The notes: a model not told the origin generated them from the sequence alone. DNA of 32,000 nt from Idiomarina loihiensis L2TR (GCF_000008465.1 NC_006512.1:1440001-1472000), one strand, 5' to 3'; positions 17,676-28,212 are shown, numbered from the stretch's first letter. Program-made: numbers and translations.

Positions 17676-18771
17676 GCAGCTTTTTCATTGCCTTAATAAA
17701 GGCCTGGTTTTCTTCAGGCAGGCCAATGCTGACACGTAAATGATTAGGCAACTCATAGCCGCCAACAGGACGTACAATAACGCCCTCATGCAGAAGTTCG
17801 TCATAAAGCTTCTCAGCACCGGGCCCAACTTCTATGGTTAAAAAGTTACCGTAAGATGGAATGTAGTTAAGTCCGGACTCTTCACAAAACTCAGTTAATA
17901 GCTGCATACCCTGAGCGTTTAGTTCAACGGCTTTTTGCAAATAAGCGTGATCATCTAATACGACTTCAGCAGCTTTCAGCGATAACGAATTCATGTTGAA
18001 TGGCTGGCGAATGCGGTTAAGCACATCGGCAACGCTCTCATGGCTTACCGCATAACCTGCGCGCAAACCCGCTAAGCCATAAGCTTTAGAAAACGTCCGG
18101 CTAACCACAAGATTAGGATATTCTTTTATCCACTCTACCGATGGCGCACGCTGGTCTTCCGGCACATACTCGTAATAGGCTTCATCCAGAACCACAATAA
18201 TATGCTGCGGTATTTTGTCCAGAAAGCTTTTCAGTGCTGAGGTTGATAAAAATGTGCCCGTTGGATTATTGGGGTTAGCAATAAAAATCATCTTGGTTTT
18301 ATCGGTAACGGCTTTAGCCATACCATCAAGATCATGGCCATAATCTACCGCAGGAACGGCAACGGGTTTTGCGCCAATAGCCTGAGTAACCAGCGGATAC
18401 ACCACAAACGCATGCTGAGAGAAAATAACTTCGTCTTTATCTGACACAAAGGTACGAGCTAAAATCTCTAAAACATCGTTAGAGCCGTTACCCAGAGTAA
18501 TTTGTTGCGTACCAACCTCGTTGAGTTCTGCCAGACGACTTTTAAGGTAGTAACCGTTAGCATCGGGGTAACGCACTAAATCCGTTAACTCAGCTTCCAG
18601 CGCGGTTTTTACTTTTTCACTCAAACCCAGAGGGTTCTCATTTGAAGCCAGCTTAACCACGTGCTGCAGACCTAACTCACGCTGTAATTCAGACGTAGGC
18701 TTACCTGCCTGATACGGACGTAATTGCTTTACTCCGGGATTAACCAGTTCTAATGCATTAAATTCTGCCAT
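17668..18771 (-). CDS. hisC: histidinol-phosphate/aromatic aminotransferase (HisC2-type, class II PLP aminotransferase)
   Basis: 367 aa with LASNENPLG, NPNNPTG and the PLP-lysine motif SRTFSKAYGLAGLRAGY. It lies between serC and aroA, like hisC2 in the Pseudomonas serC-pheA-hisC2-tyrA/aroA cluster (recalled from memory). Confidence 0.9.
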   Translation of the reverse strand: MAEFNALELVNPGVKQLRPYQAGKPTSELQRELGLQHVVKLASNENPLGLSEKVKTALEAELTDLVRYPDANGYYLKSRLAELNEVGTQQITLGNGSNDVLEILARTFVSDKDEVIFSQHAFVVYPLVTQAIGAKPVAVPAVDYGHDLDGMAKAVTDKTKMIFIANPNNPTGTFLSTSALKSFLDKIPQHIIVVLDEAYYEYVPEDQRAPSVEWIKEYPNLVVSRTFSKAYGLAGLRAGYAVSHESVADVLNRIRQPFNMNSLSLKAAEVVLDDHAYLQKAVELNAQGMQLLTEFCEESGLNYIPSYGNFLTIEVGPGAEKLYDELLHEGVIVRPVGGYELPNHLRVSIGLPEENQAFIKAMKKLRG

Positions 18772-18802
18772 AGCGATTCACTACCTTTTTTATTCTATTT
18801 AT

Positions 18803-19888
18803 TTAGCCAAGCTTGCGCTCGAAATCAGCCATATAATTTAGCAATGCTTCTACGCCTTCCACCGGCATTGCGTTATAAATACTGGCTCTCATGCCACCAA
18901 CAAAGCGATGCCCTTTTAGTCCCAATAAACCTTGGTTTTTAGCGCCTTGCAAAAATTCTGCATCAAGCTTGTCGTAGGCCAATTGGAAAGGAATGTTCAT
19001 AATTGAACGGTAAGCCGGATTAATATCATTTCTGTAAAAATCGGACTTATCGACAAAATCATATAAAAGCTGTGCTTTATGCCGGTTGCGTTCGCCCATA
19101 GCGGTTAATCCGCCCTGAGCTTTTAGCCACTTGAATACCAACCCGGCCAGGTACCAGGCAAAAGTGTTGGGCGTGTTGTACATAGACCCGTCTTTAGCCT
19201 GAAGCTGGTAATCCATAATAGATGACACCTGCTTCTGCGGATGACCTAATAGAGACTTTTTAACAATCGCAATGGCAAAACCGGAAGGGCCAATATTCTT
19301 TTGAGCTCCAGCGTATATGACGCCAAACTTTGAGACATCCAGTGGTTCAGAAAGAATATTCGATGACATATCAGCAACAATTGGCGCTTTTACGTCAGGA
19401 ATCTCATGCAGCGCAATACCATCGACGGTTTCATTAGGACAATAATGAAAATAGGCGGCATTCTCAGACAACTTCCAGTTTTCTGGAGACTGAATTTCTT
19501 TGCCTTTAGCGCCTTCCTGAACTTGCCCGGCAACATTCACTTTAGAAACAAACTTTTCGGCTTCCCTGATAGCAAAACCAGACCAAATTCCTGTATCCAG
19601 ATAATCTACAGTGGCATCCGGTGACGCTATATTTTGCGGAACCGCAGAAAACTGGCCGCGGCCACCGCCTTGCAAAAAGAGTACTTCATAGTCATCAGGT
19701 ACGTTTAACAGGTCGCGCAGGTCTTGCTCGGCTTCACGTGCCATGTGGACATAAACAGGGTCGCGGTGAGAAATTTCCATCACCGATACGCCCTGCCCAT
19801 TCCAGTTCAGTAACTCTTCCTGAGCTTGTTTCAAAACGTCGACCGGCAACATTGCCGGTCCAGCAGAAAAGTTAAACAACTGACTCAT
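18803..19888 (-). CDS. serC: 3-phosphoserine/phosphohydroxythreonine aminotransferase
   Basis: 361 aa starting [15 protein letters not shown], with the PLP lysine in [10 protein letters not shown]. It is highly similar to E. coli SerC. Confidence 0.95.
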   Translation of the reverse strand: MSQLFNFSAGPAMLPVDVLKQAQEELLNWNGQGVSVMEISHRDPVYVHMAREAEQDLRDLLNVPDDYEVLFLQGGGRGQFSAVPQNIASPDATVDYLDTGIWSGFAIREAEKFVSKVNVAGQVQEGAKGKEIQSPENWKLSENAAYFHYCPNETVDGIALHEIPDVKAPIVADMSSNILSEPLDVSKFGVIYAGAQKNIGPSGFAIAIVKKSLLGHPQKQVSSIMDYQLQAKDGSMYNTPNTFAWYLAGLVFKWLKAQGGLTAMGERNRHKAQLLYDFVDKSDFYRNDINPAYRSIMNIPFQLAYDKLDAEFLQGAKNQGLLGLKGHRFVGGMRASIYNAMPVEGVEALLNYMADFERKLG

Positions 19889-22524
19889 GACTCGTCGGAA
19901 CCTTCTTGATTTTCAGTATTGTCTTCAGCTGCGGTTTCACCTTCTTCAGCAACAACCTCGCCGTCAATTAACACTTCATCTTCATCAATTTCGTCAATAC
20001 GCTGTAAGCCAACCACTTTTTCATCATCAGCGGTGCGAATTAAGCGCACGCCCTGAGTGTTACGACCAACAGTAGAAACCTCGTTGACGCGAGTTCTTAC
20101 CAGAGTGCCTTTATTACTGATAAGCATGATTTCATTGCCATCAATAACTTCCATGGCGCCTACAACTGAACCATTACGCTCACTGACCTTAATAGAGACC
20201 ACACCTTTGGTAGCGCGGCTCTTAGCTGGGTATTCACTTAGCGGCGTACGTTTGCCGTAACCGTTTTCAGTCACGGTTAATACATTCGCTTCTTCCTCTT
20301 CGTATTCGCGAGGAACAATCAGTGATACAACACGTTGCCCTTCTTCTAAGCGAATACCACGAACACCTGTTGCGGTACGACCCATTGAGCGCACTTGCTC
20401 TTCAGCGAAGCGCACCACTTTACCGGCGTCAGAGAACAGCATAATTTCGCCGTTACCGTCAGTGATATCAACACCAATCAGTTCGTCGTCATCAACCAGG
20501 TTCAGTGCAATGATGCCGCCGTTACGAGGACGTGAGTACTCTGGTAATGGCGTTTTCTTGATGGTTCCTTTGCGTGTTGCCATAACAACGAACTTATCTT
20601 CCGGATAGTCCCGTGTTGGCAAAATAGCGGTAATACGCTCATCAGCTTCAAGCGGCAACAAGTTCACTATTGGTTTACCACGAGACGCACGGCTAGCCAG
20701 CGGCAACTGGTAAACTTTCATCCAGTAAATACGGCCACGGGTTGAGAAGCACAAAATGGTGTCATGCGTGTTAGCTACCCACAGTCTTTCTATAAAGTCT
20801 TCGTCTTTCATCTTAGTAGCGGCTTTACCTTTTCCACCACGACGTTGTGCTTCGTATTCGGTCAATGGCTGATACTTCACATAGCCTTCGTGAGAAAGAG
20901 TCAGAACCACGTCTTCTTCGTTGATTAAATCTTCCATGCTGATGTCATGTGCAGCAGCAGTAATATCCGTTTTACGCTCATCGCCGAAGTTGTTACGTAT
21001 TTCTACCAGTTCTTCACGAATCACTTCCATCAGGCGCTCTGAACTGTTCAGAATATGCAGCAGTTCAGCAATCTGTTCTAGCAGACCTTTATATTCATCC
21101 AGAATTTTTTCGTGTTCTAAACCGGTCAATTTGTGCAGGCGTAAATCAAGAATAGCCTGAGCTTGTTCTTCGGTCAGGTGATAGTTGCCATCGCGAATGC
21201 CGTATTCTTCTGGCAGATGATCAGGACGTGCAGCATCAACGCCAGCAGTTTCCAGCATTGCAGCAACATCACCGAGCTGCCATGCGCGGGCAATTAGACC
21301 AGCTTTAGCTTCAGCAGGCGTTGGTGAACGACGGATAAGCTCAATAATTTCGTCAATATTAGCCAGCGATATCGCCAGACCTTCCAAAATATGAGCACGT
21401 TCACGCGCTTTACGTAACTCGTAGACTGATCGGCGCGTAACCACTTCACGACGATGACGGACAAAACAATCCAGCATATCGCGCAGGTTAAACAAACGCG
21501 GCTGGCCTTTATCCAGGGCAACCATGTTGATACCAAACACAACCTGTAACTGGGTATTAGCATACAAATGGTTAAGAACAACTTCGCCAACATCGCCACG
21601 ACGGATCTCAATAACGATACGCATACCGTCTTTATCAGACTCATCGCGCAAGGCACTTATACCTTCAACGCGTTTTTCTTTAACCAACTCAGCAATTTTT
21701 TCAATTAAGCGAGCTTTATTCACCTGATACGGAATTTCCGTAACAATGATGGTTTCTTTACCCGTTTTCTCGTCAACTTCAATTTCCGCCTGAGCGCGCA
21801 AATGAATACGACCACGACCGGTTTTATAAGCTTCGACAATACCGCTACGGCCAGAAATTGTTGCCGCTGTCGGGAAGTCCGGCCCCGGGATGTATTCCAT
21901 TAGCCCTTCAACATCAATGTCCGGGTTATCAATCATGGCGAGTGCACCATCGACAACTTCGGTCAGATTATGAGGAGGGATGTTCGTTGCCATACCAACG
22001 GCAATACCAGAAGAACCATTAACTAACAGGTTAGGTACACGGGTAGGCAGAACGTCAGGAATACGCTCGGTACCATCATAGTTGTCTACAAAATCAACCG
22101 TTTCTTTATCTAAATCGGCAAGTAACTGATGCGCAATTTTCGCCATGCGAATTTCGGTATAACGCATCGCGGCGGCAGAGTCGCCGTCAACCGAACCAAA
22201 GTTACCCTGGCCATCGACCAGCATATAACGCAAGGAGAAATTCTGTGCCATACGTACAATAGTGTCGTAAACAGCACTATCACCATGTGGGTGATATTTA
22301 CCAATGACGTCACCAACGACACGAGCTGACTTTTTATAAGGTTTATTAAAGTCGTTGCGCAATTCACTCATTGCGAACAAGACACGTCTGTGTACTGGCT
22401 TCAGGCCATCACGAACATCTGGTAAAGCACGCCCAACAATGACGCTCATGGCATAATCGAGGTACGAGCTTTTTAGTTCGTCTTCGATATTTACCGGTGA
22501 CACTTCTCTGGCTAGATCGCTCAT
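19885..22524 (-). CDS. gyrA: DNA gyrase subunit A
   Basis: 879 aa. The N-terminal domain contains [20 protein letters not shown] and the catalytic AAMRYTE tyrosine. Beta-pinwheel C-terminal repeats and an acidic tail follow. Confidence 0.98.
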   Translation of the reverse strand: MSDLAREVSPVNIEDELKSSYLDYAMSVIVGRALPDVRDGLKPVHRRVLFAMSELRNDFNKPYKKSARVVGDVIGKYHPHGDSAVYDTIVRMAQNFSLRYMLVDGQGNFGSVDGDSAAAMRYTEIRMAKIAHQLLADLDKETVDFVDNYDGTERIPDVLPTRVPNLLVNGSSGIAVGMATNIPPHNLTEVVDGALAMIDNPDIDVEGLMEYIPGPDFPTAATISGRSGIVEAYKTGRGRIHLRAQAEIEVDEKTGKETIIVTEIPYQVNKARLIEKIAELVKEKRVEGISALRDESDKDGMRIVIEIRRGDVGEVVLNHLYANTQLQVVFGINMVALDKGQPRLFNLRDMLDCFVRHRREVVTRRSVYELRKARERAHILEGLAISLANIDEIIELIRRSPTPAEAKAGLIARAWQLGDVAAMLETAGVDAARPDHLPEEYGIRDGNYHLTEEQAQAILDLRLHKLTGLEHEKILDEYKGLLEQIAELLHILNSSERLMEVIREELVEIRNNFGDERKTDITAAAHDISMEDLINEEDVVLTLSHEGYVKYQPLTEYEAQRRGGKGKAATKMKDEDFIERLWVANTHDTILCFSTRGRIYWMKVYQLPLASRASRGKPIVNLLPLEADERITAILPTRDYPEDKFVVMATRKGTIKKTPLPEYSRPRNGGIIALNLVDDDELIGVDITDGNGEIMLFSDAGKVVRFAEEQVRSMGRTATGVRGIRLEEGQRVVSLIVPREYEEEEANVLTVTENGYGKRTPLSEYPAKSRATKGVVSIKVSERNGSVVGAMEVIDGNEIMLISNKGTLVRTRVNEVSTVGRNTQGVRLIRTADDEKVVGLQRIDEIDEDEVLIDGEVVAEEGETAAEDNTENQEGSDES

Positions 22525-22675
22525 AGTTTATTCCCTAAAAATATAGATCCGCATATTCATTGTTATTTTGATCCAATCATTGTACCCATCCCAAACGCGT
22601 CTCGCACCCTCTTTTTCTTATTCTTTGCCTGAGGTAGACTAGCCGCGTTATCCATCTCTTAAAGACGCATAATCT

Positions 22676-23407
22676 ATGACCACCAGTCGCTCTAAAAGTG
22701 AACAAAAAAACGTCGATCCGGAAGAGATCGCAAAATTTTCAGCCCTCGCCTCGCGCTGGTGGGACCCTGATGGAGAATTCAAACCCTTACATAAAATAAA
22801 CCCCGTTCGACTAGGGTTTATTGAAAACCATACTGACGGCCTATTCGGTAAAAAGGTATTGGATGTCGGCTGCGGCGGTGGATTACTCAGCGAAGCTATG
22901 GCTGAACGTGGTGCTCAGGTTACAGGGGTTGATTTAGCCGAACAGTCATTAAAAGTGGCACGTTTGCACGCATTAGAAAGCGGGCGTCAAATCGACTACC
23001 AATGCATTGCTATTGAAACTCTGGCGGATCAGCAGCCAGCAAGCTTTGATGTGGTGACTTGTCTGGAGATGCTGGAGCATGTACCTGACCCTAAAGCTAT
23101 TGTAAAAGCCTGTGCTAAAGCACTAAAACCTGGCGGGAAGATCTTTTTTTCCACGCTAAACCGGAATGTAAAGTCTTGGCTATTAGGTATTGTTGCCGCT
23201 GAGCATGTTTTAGGCTGGGTTCCCAAAGGAACTCATCAGCATCAACGTTTTATCAAACCATCAGAGCTACTGCGTATGACAGATGCCGCCGCGTTAGAAG
23301 ATATCGCCATTAATGGTCTTATCTTTAATCCACTGAAAGGATTTGTTCTTTCAGAAAAAGATGTTGATGTGAATTACATTATCGCTTTAAAGAAGCCGGA
23401 GTCATAA
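22676..23407 (+). CDS. ubiG: bifunctional 3-demethylubiquinol / 2-polyprenyl-6-hydroxyphenol O-methyltransferase
   Basis: 243 aa with EIAKFSALASRWWDPDGEFKPLHKINPVRL and the SAM-binding motif LDVGCGGGLLSE. It is divergent from gyrA exactly as in E. coli. Confidence 0.93.
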   Translation: MTTSRSKSEQKNVDPEEIAKFSALASRWWDPDGEFKPLHKINPVRLGFIENHTDGLFGKKVLDVGCGGGLLSEAMAERGAQVTGVDLAEQSLKVARLHALESGRQIDYQCIAIETLADQQPASFDVVTCLEMLEHVPDPKAIVKACAKALKPGGKIFFSTLNRNVKSWLLGIVAAEHVLGWVPKGTHQHQRFIKPSELLRMTDAAALEDIAINGLIFNPLKGFVLSEKDVDVNYIIALKKPES

Positions 23408-24091
23408 ATGGCCTCATCAGACAGGAATTCTCCGGTAAAGGCGGTATTGTTCGATTTAGACGGCACGCTGCTTGATACAGCCCCAGATCTGGGTGCTGCA
23501 CTGAACGCTGTATGCGAACAATACGAACGCCCTGCTATTACGGCTGAGGTGTTTACGCCAGTCGCGTCGCATGGCTCCAGAGGTATGCTGCAGCTAGCTT
23601 TTGCCAATGAGTACAGCGACATGGAAGCCGAACTCAGGCACGCTTTTCTCAGTGCTTATAAACAAAATATAGCCACTCATACGCAACCCTACCCTGGGGT
23701 TTTGGAGCTACTTGCCGTGCTGCAGCGTGAATCTATTCAAGTTGCTATAGTCACCAATAAGCCAGAGCGCCTAACCCAACAATTATTGCCTCACTTCCCG
23801 GAGTTTGAAGCTATTCGTGTGGTCGTAAGCGGTGATACCTTAAGCGTAGCAAAGCCTTCGCCGGAACCTTTATTCTATGCGGCTGAAAAGCTGGGAATAG
23901 AACCTGCCGACTGTCTTTATGTCGGAGATGCGGAGCGGGATATCGAAGCTGGTCGCAATGCCGGCATGGTTACTGTGCTTGCTGAATATGGTTATATTAG
24001 CAATGAGGATCAGCCGCAACGCTGGCAAGCCGACTATCATATCGCCTCACCACTGGAGTTACTGAAGTTACTAGCTATTGATAATTCTTGA
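23408..24091 (+). CDS. HAD-IA phosphatase (phosphoglycolate phosphatase-like; possibly MupP-type MurNAc-6-P phosphatase)
   Basis: 227 aa with HAD motif I VLFDLDGTLLDT, motif II VTNK, and motif IV GDAERD. Its ATG directly follows the ubiG stop codon (TAAATG). Confidence 0.7.
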   Translation: MASSDRNSPVKAVLFDLDGTLLDTAPDLGAALNAVCEQYERPAITAEVFTPVASHGSRGMLQLAFANEYSDMEAELRHAFLSAYKQNIATHTQPYPGVLELLAVLQRESIQVAIVTNKPERLTQQLLPHFPEFEAIRVVVSGDTLSVAKPSPEPLFYAAEKLGIEPADCLYVGDAERDIEAGRNAGMVTVLAEYGYISNEDQPQRWQADYHIASPLELLKLLAIDNS

Positions 24092-24268
24092 TCTATAAAC
24101 ATCTTTTAAAAGATCAAAAAAATATATAGCAAGATTACCAGCGCAAACTCACGCCAAACAAAGGCTGACAAAAAATCAAGATTTCTAAATCAAAATTATT
24201 CCTGTTTTTGCCCGTAAATTTACTTGATCGAAGTGGCAGTTAGACCTAGCATACTCTTCATTCCCAAG

Positions 24269-24284
24269 ACACTAGATATTGTGT
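24269..24284. promoter_or_regulatory. NrdR box 1 upstream of nrdA
   Basis: ACACTAGATATTGTGT matches the published NrdR-box consensus acaCwAtATaTwGtgt at 15 of 16 positions. It lies 80-95 nt upstream of the nrdA ATG. Confidence 0.65.
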
Positions 24285-24309
24285 AAATATCGCCCTGTAC
24301 AACTAATAA

Positions 24310-24325
24310 GCACAATATCTTGTGG
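24310..24325. promoter_or_regulatory. NrdR box 2 upstream of nrdA
   Basis: GCACAATATCTTGTGG has palindromic arms CACAA/TTGTG and matches the NrdR consensus at about 13 of 16 positions. It starts 41 bp downstream of the start of box 1 and ends 38 nt before the nrdA ATG. Confidence 0.55.
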
Positions 24326-24363
24326 CTACAAACATATAACAAAAAGCTAAGAGTCGGCGCAAA

Positions 24364-26694
24364 ATGAACGAGCAACTTTATGTCACTAAACGCAGCGGCG
24401 AACGCGAACCGCTAAACCTCGATAAAATTCACCGGGTTATCATGTGGGCCGCTGAAGGTCTTAACAATGTTTCAGCTTCTCAGGTCGAAATTAAGTCTCA
24501 CATTCAGTTTTACGACGGTATTAAAACCGAAGATATCCACGAGACCATCATCAAAGCTGCAGCTGATTTAATTTCAGAAGAAGCGCCCGACTATCAATAT
24601 ATGGCTGCGCGTCTGGCTATTTTCCACTTGCGCAAAAGGGCCTACGGTAAGTTTGAGCCACCGCGTCTTTACGACCAGGTCAAAAAGATGGTTGCAGAGC
24701 ATCGCTACGATGAGCACCTGCTGGAAGACTATACTGAAGCAGAATTTGACCAGATGGACGAAATTCTGGATCACTGGCGTGACATGAACTTCTCGTACGC
24801 GGCCGTTAAACAGCTAGAGAACAAATATCTGGTTCAAAACCGGGTTACCGGCGACATCTATGAAAGCGCTCAGTTCTTATACATTCTGGTAGCGGCTTGT
24901 TTGTTTGCCAACTACCCGAAAAGCACTCGTATGGACTACGTTAAACGTTTCTACGACGCCGCTTCTGAATTCAAAATCTCGCTACCAACACCTATTATGT
25001 CGGGTGTGCGCACGCCTACGCGTCAGTTCAGCTCCTGCGTTCTGATTGAAGCTGGCGATAGTCTCGATTCTATTAATGCCACTTCAAGCGCCATCGTAAA
25101 ATACGTATCGCAGCGTGCCGGTATTGGCATTAACGCAGGGCGTATTCGCGCTCTGGGCAGCCCGATCCGTAACGGTGAAGCCTTCCACACAGGTTGTATT
25201 CCGTTCTATAAATATTTCCAGACAGCGGTAAAAAGCTGTTCGCAAGGTGGTGTTCGTGGTGGCGCCGCTACCCTGTTCTACCCGCTTTGGCATCTGGAAG
25301 TTGAAAGCTTATTGGTACTGAAAAACAACCGCGGTGTTGAAGAAAACCGGGTTCGCCATCTGGATTACGGTGTGCAGTTTAACCGCACCATGTACCAGCG
25401 TCTGATTAAAGACGATTACATTACCTTGTTCAGCCCGTCGGATGTGCCAGGCCTTTACGACGCATTCTTTGAAGATCAGGACGAATTTGAGCGTTTGTAC
25501 CTTCAGTACGAGCAGGATGAAAGCATCCGCAAAAAACGTATTAAAGCCATTGAGTTGTTTGGTTTGTTTATGCAGGAACGCGCCAGTACTGGCCGTATCT
25601 ACGTACAAAACGTTGACCACTGCAACACGCACAGCCCGTTCGATTCTAAAGTTGCTCCTATTCGTCAGAGCAACCTGTGTCTTGAAATTGCGTTACCAAC
25701 TAAGCCTCTAAGTCATGTGAACGACGAAGAAGGTGAAATTGCCCTTTGTACGCTGTCGGCCTTTAACTTAGGCAAAATTGAAAACCTGGGCGAGTTTGAA
25801 AACTTAGCCGACTTAGCCGTTCGCGCACTGGATAGCCTGCTGGACTATCAGGAATACCCTGTTCCGGCCGCTTATAATGCAACAATGAACCGTCGTACTC
25901 TGGGCATTGGTGTGATTAACTTTGCTTACTACTTAGCTAAGCACGGCGTTAAATATTCAGACGGCTCTGCAAATGGTCTGGTTCATCAGACCTTTGAGGC
26001 AATACAGTATTATCTGATGCAAGCGTCAATGAATCTGGCTAAAGAAAGAGGTGCGTGCCCTAAATTTAATGAGACCACCTACTCTCAGGGCATTATGCCA
26101 ACCGATACCTACAAGAAAGACCTGGATAAGGTTTGCGATGAACCTCTGCATCTGGACTGGGACAAGCTTCGTGCCGACATCAAACAACACGGCATGCGTA
26201 ACTCCACGTTATCAGCGTTAATGCCTTCTGAGACATCGTCGCAGATTTCTAACGCGACTAACGGTATTGAACCGCCTCGTGGTTTTGTCAGCATTAAGTC
26301 GTCAAAAGACGGTGTCACCAAACAGGTAGTTCCTGATTACGAAAACTTAAAAGACAAGTACGAGCTGTTATGGCAAATCCCGAACAACAAGGGATACCTT
26401 GAGCTGGTTGGTATTATGCAAAAGTTTGTCGACCAGACAATTTCTGCGAACACCAATTACGACCCAAGTAAATTCCAAGCCGGAAAAGTACCAATGAAGC
26501 AGCTTCTGCAGGACTTATTAACGGCCTATAAGCTTGGTGTTAAGACGCTTTACTATCATAACACCCGTGACGGTGCTGCGGATAATCAATCCGACATTGC
26601 TGCACGTAAAGGTGCTGCTGCGTCTCAAGCTCAGCCGACAGAAGTGATCATTGAAGAAGATGATGACTGTGCCGGCGGCGCCTGCAAAATTTAA
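24364..26694 (+). CDS. nrdA: class Ia ribonucleoside-diphosphate reductase, alpha subunit
   Basis: 776 aa. The N-terminal ATP-cone reads MNEQLYVTKRSGEREPLNLDKIHRVIMWAAEGL. Other matches are the catalytic NLCLEI region and the C-terminal redox pair CAGGACKI. It is highly similar to E. coli NrdA. Confidence 0.98.
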   Translation: MNEQLYVTKRSGEREPLNLDKIHRVIMWAAEGLNNVSASQVEIKSHIQFYDGIKTEDIHETIIKAAADLISEEAPDYQYMAARLAIFHLRKRAYGKFEPPRLYDQVKKMVAEHRYDEHLLEDYTEAEFDQMDEILDHWRDMNFSYAAVKQLENKYLVQNRVTGDIYESAQFLYILVAACLFANYPKSTRMDYVKRFYDAASEFKISLPTPIMSGVRTPTRQFSSCVLIEAGDSLDSINATSSAIVKYVSQRAGIGINAGRIRALGSPIRNGEAFHTGCIPFYKYFQTAVKSCSQGGVRGGAATLFYPLWHLEVESLLVLKNNRGVEENRVRHLDYGVQFNRTMYQRLIKDDYITLFSPSDVPGLYDAFFEDQDEFERLYLQYEQDESIRKKRIKAIELFGLFMQERASTGRIYVQNVDHCNTHSPFDSKVAPIRQSNLCLEIALPTKPLSHVNDEEGEIALCTLSAFNLGKIENLGEFENLADLAVRALDSLLDYQEYPVPAAYNATMNRRTLGIGVINFAYYLAKHGVKYSDGSANGLVHQTFEAIQYYLMQASMNLAKERGACPKFNETTYSQGIMPTDTYKKDLDKVCDEPLHLDWDKLRADIKQHGMRNSTLSALMPSETSSQISNATNGIEPPRGFVSIKSSKDGVTKQVVPDYENLKDKYELLWQIPNNKGYLELVGIMQKFVDQTISANTNYDPSKFQAGKVPMKQLLQDLLTAYKLGVKTLYYHNTRDGAADNQSDIAARKGAAASQAQPTEVIIEEDDDCAGGACKI

Positions 26695-26712
26695 TAAGAA
26701 GGATTTTAGCGA

Positions 26713-27846
26713 ATGTCGTACTCAACCTTTAATCAAGAGCAGAATAACCCGTTAACGGAGCCTATGTTTTTAGGCAACTCCGTTAACGTTGCTCGCTACG
26801 ACCAGCAAAAACACAGCATTTTTGAAAAGCTGATTGAAAAACAAATCAGCTTTTTCTGGCGACCTGAAGAAATCGATGTCAGCCGCGACCGCATCGACTT
26901 TAACAAGCTAACAGCCAGTGAAAAGCATGTGTTTATTTCTAACCTGAAGTATCAAACACTGTTAGATTCAATTCAGGGGCGTTCGCCGAATATCGCGTTA
27001 CTGCCTATTGTTTCTCTTCCGGAACTGGAAACCTGGATTGAAACCTGGTCATTCTTTGAAACCATACATTCGCGCTCGTACACACATATTCTGCGTAATC
27101 TGTTTAGTGATCCCAGCGAAGTCTTTGAAGATATCGTCATTAACGAGCAAATTAAAATTCGCGCGAATGACATCTCCAAGTACTACGATGATCTTATTTT
27201 CTATACTCAGTTATTGCAGACGCACGGTGAAGGCGATGTCGTTGTTGAAGGCAAAACCCATACCGTAACGCAGCGGGAAATTAAGAAGAAACTATTCTTA
27301 TGCATTAACTCGGTTAACGCGCTGGAAGCTATTCGTTTCTATGTCAGTTTCGCCTGCACGTTCGCTTTTGCAGAACGTGAGTTAATGGAAGGCAACGCAA
27401 AAATTATTAAGCTGATTGCCCGCGACGAAAACGTTCACCTGACATCGACACAGCACATTCTTAATTTGTGGCAATACGGCGAAGACGACCCGGAAATGAA
27501 AGAAATTGCCGAAGAACTGCGTGACGATGCCTATGAAATTTTCATGACTGCAGTGAAGCAGGAAAAACAGTGGGCGCACTACTTGTTTAAAGACGGCTCA
27601 ATGATTGGCCTGAACGAGAGCATGCTCTGTCAGTACGTCGAATATATTGCGAACTTACGTATGCAGGCCATTGGCTTTGACGCACCGTTTGAGAACCAGC
27701 GTTCTAATCCACTACCGTGGATGAACAAATACCTGGTTTCAGACAACGTTCAGGTAGCGCCGCAGGAATCAGAAATTACCTCTTACCTTGTTGGTCAGAT
27801 AGACAGCGAAGTTAATGCTTCCGACCTTGGGGACTTTGATCTCTAA
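26713..27846 (+). CDS. nrdB: class Ia ribonucleoside-diphosphate reductase, beta subunit
   Basis: 377 aa. [53 protein letters not shown] aligns almost residue for residue with E. coli NrdB. The di-iron and tyrosyl-radical motifs are present ([17 protein letters not shown]). Confidence 0.98.
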   Translation: MSYSTFNQEQNNPLTEPMFLGNSVNVARYDQQKHSIFEKLIEKQISFFWRPEEIDVSRDRIDFNKLTASEKHVFISNLKYQTLLDSIQGRSPNIALLPIVSLPELETWIETWSFFETIHSRSYTHILRNLFSDPSEVFEDIVINEQIKIRANDISKYYDDLIFYTQLLQTHGEGDVVVEGKTHTVTQREIKKKLFLCINSVNALEAIRFYVSFACTFAFAERELMEGNAKIIKLIARDENVHLTSTQHILNLWQYGEDDPEMKEIAEELRDDAYEIFMTAVKQEKQWAHYLFKDGSMIGLNESMLCQYVEYIANLRMQAIGFDAPFENQRSNPLPWMNKYLVSDNVQVAPQESEITSYLVGQIDSEVNASDLGDFDL

Positions 27847-27849
27847 GCT

Positions 27850-28110
27850 ATGGCTAACACCTTTAAAGTCACTGTCAACGGTGGGCCCGAACTTGCCGTT
27901 GACGCGACTGAAGGCACCTTACTCGAGGCCTTAGAAAAGCATCAGTTAGAAATGCACTACCACTGCCGCAGTGGTTTTTGTGGTGCCTGCCGTAGCACCC
28001 TAAAGTCCGGTAAAGTCCGTTATACAACAGAACCTCTGGCTTATGTCAGAAAAGGCGACATTCTGCCCTGCTGTTGTGTCCCGGAGTCAGATCTGGACAT
28101 TGACCACTAA
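27850..28110 (+). CDS. yfaE: 2Fe-2S ferredoxin YfaE (maintenance of the NrdB diferric-tyrosyl cofactor)
   Basis: 86 aa with the CRSGFCGACR...CCC cysteine ligand pattern. It begins 3 nt after nrdB, as in E. coli nrdAB-yfaE. Confidence 0.85.
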   Translation: MANTFKVTVNGGPELAVDATEGTLLEALEKHQLEMHYHCRSGFCGACRSTLKSGKVRYTTEPLAYVRKGDILPCCCVPESDLDIDH

Positions 28111-28212
28111 GTATTATTCATTAAATCGATTGTGCCCATCGTGCAGAACAATTGTTAACCAGCAATAAAATCTGGATAATGGCACCATAAATTTTTGTGA
28201 GAGAGGTATTTC

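Noticed and set aside
19406-22367. Multiple short ORFs on both strands within serC and gyrA, for example 19406-19624, 19621-19875, 21294-21656 and 22110-22367.
   Set aside because: All are embedded in or antisense to highly conserved genes and show no family resemblance or start signals.
22647-22655. A DnaA-box-like TTATCCATC in the gyrA-ubiG divergent promoter region.
   Set aside because: It matches the consensus at only 7 of 9 positions. Such near-matches are frequent by chance, and nothing else supports it.
24205-24300. Attempts to place the nrdA -35/-10 promoter hexamers, for example TTGATC-N17-TAGCAT or TTGTGT-N17-ACTAAT.
   Set aside because: Two mutually exclusive weak candidates exist, and neither is clearly better. 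Only the NrdR boxes are reported.
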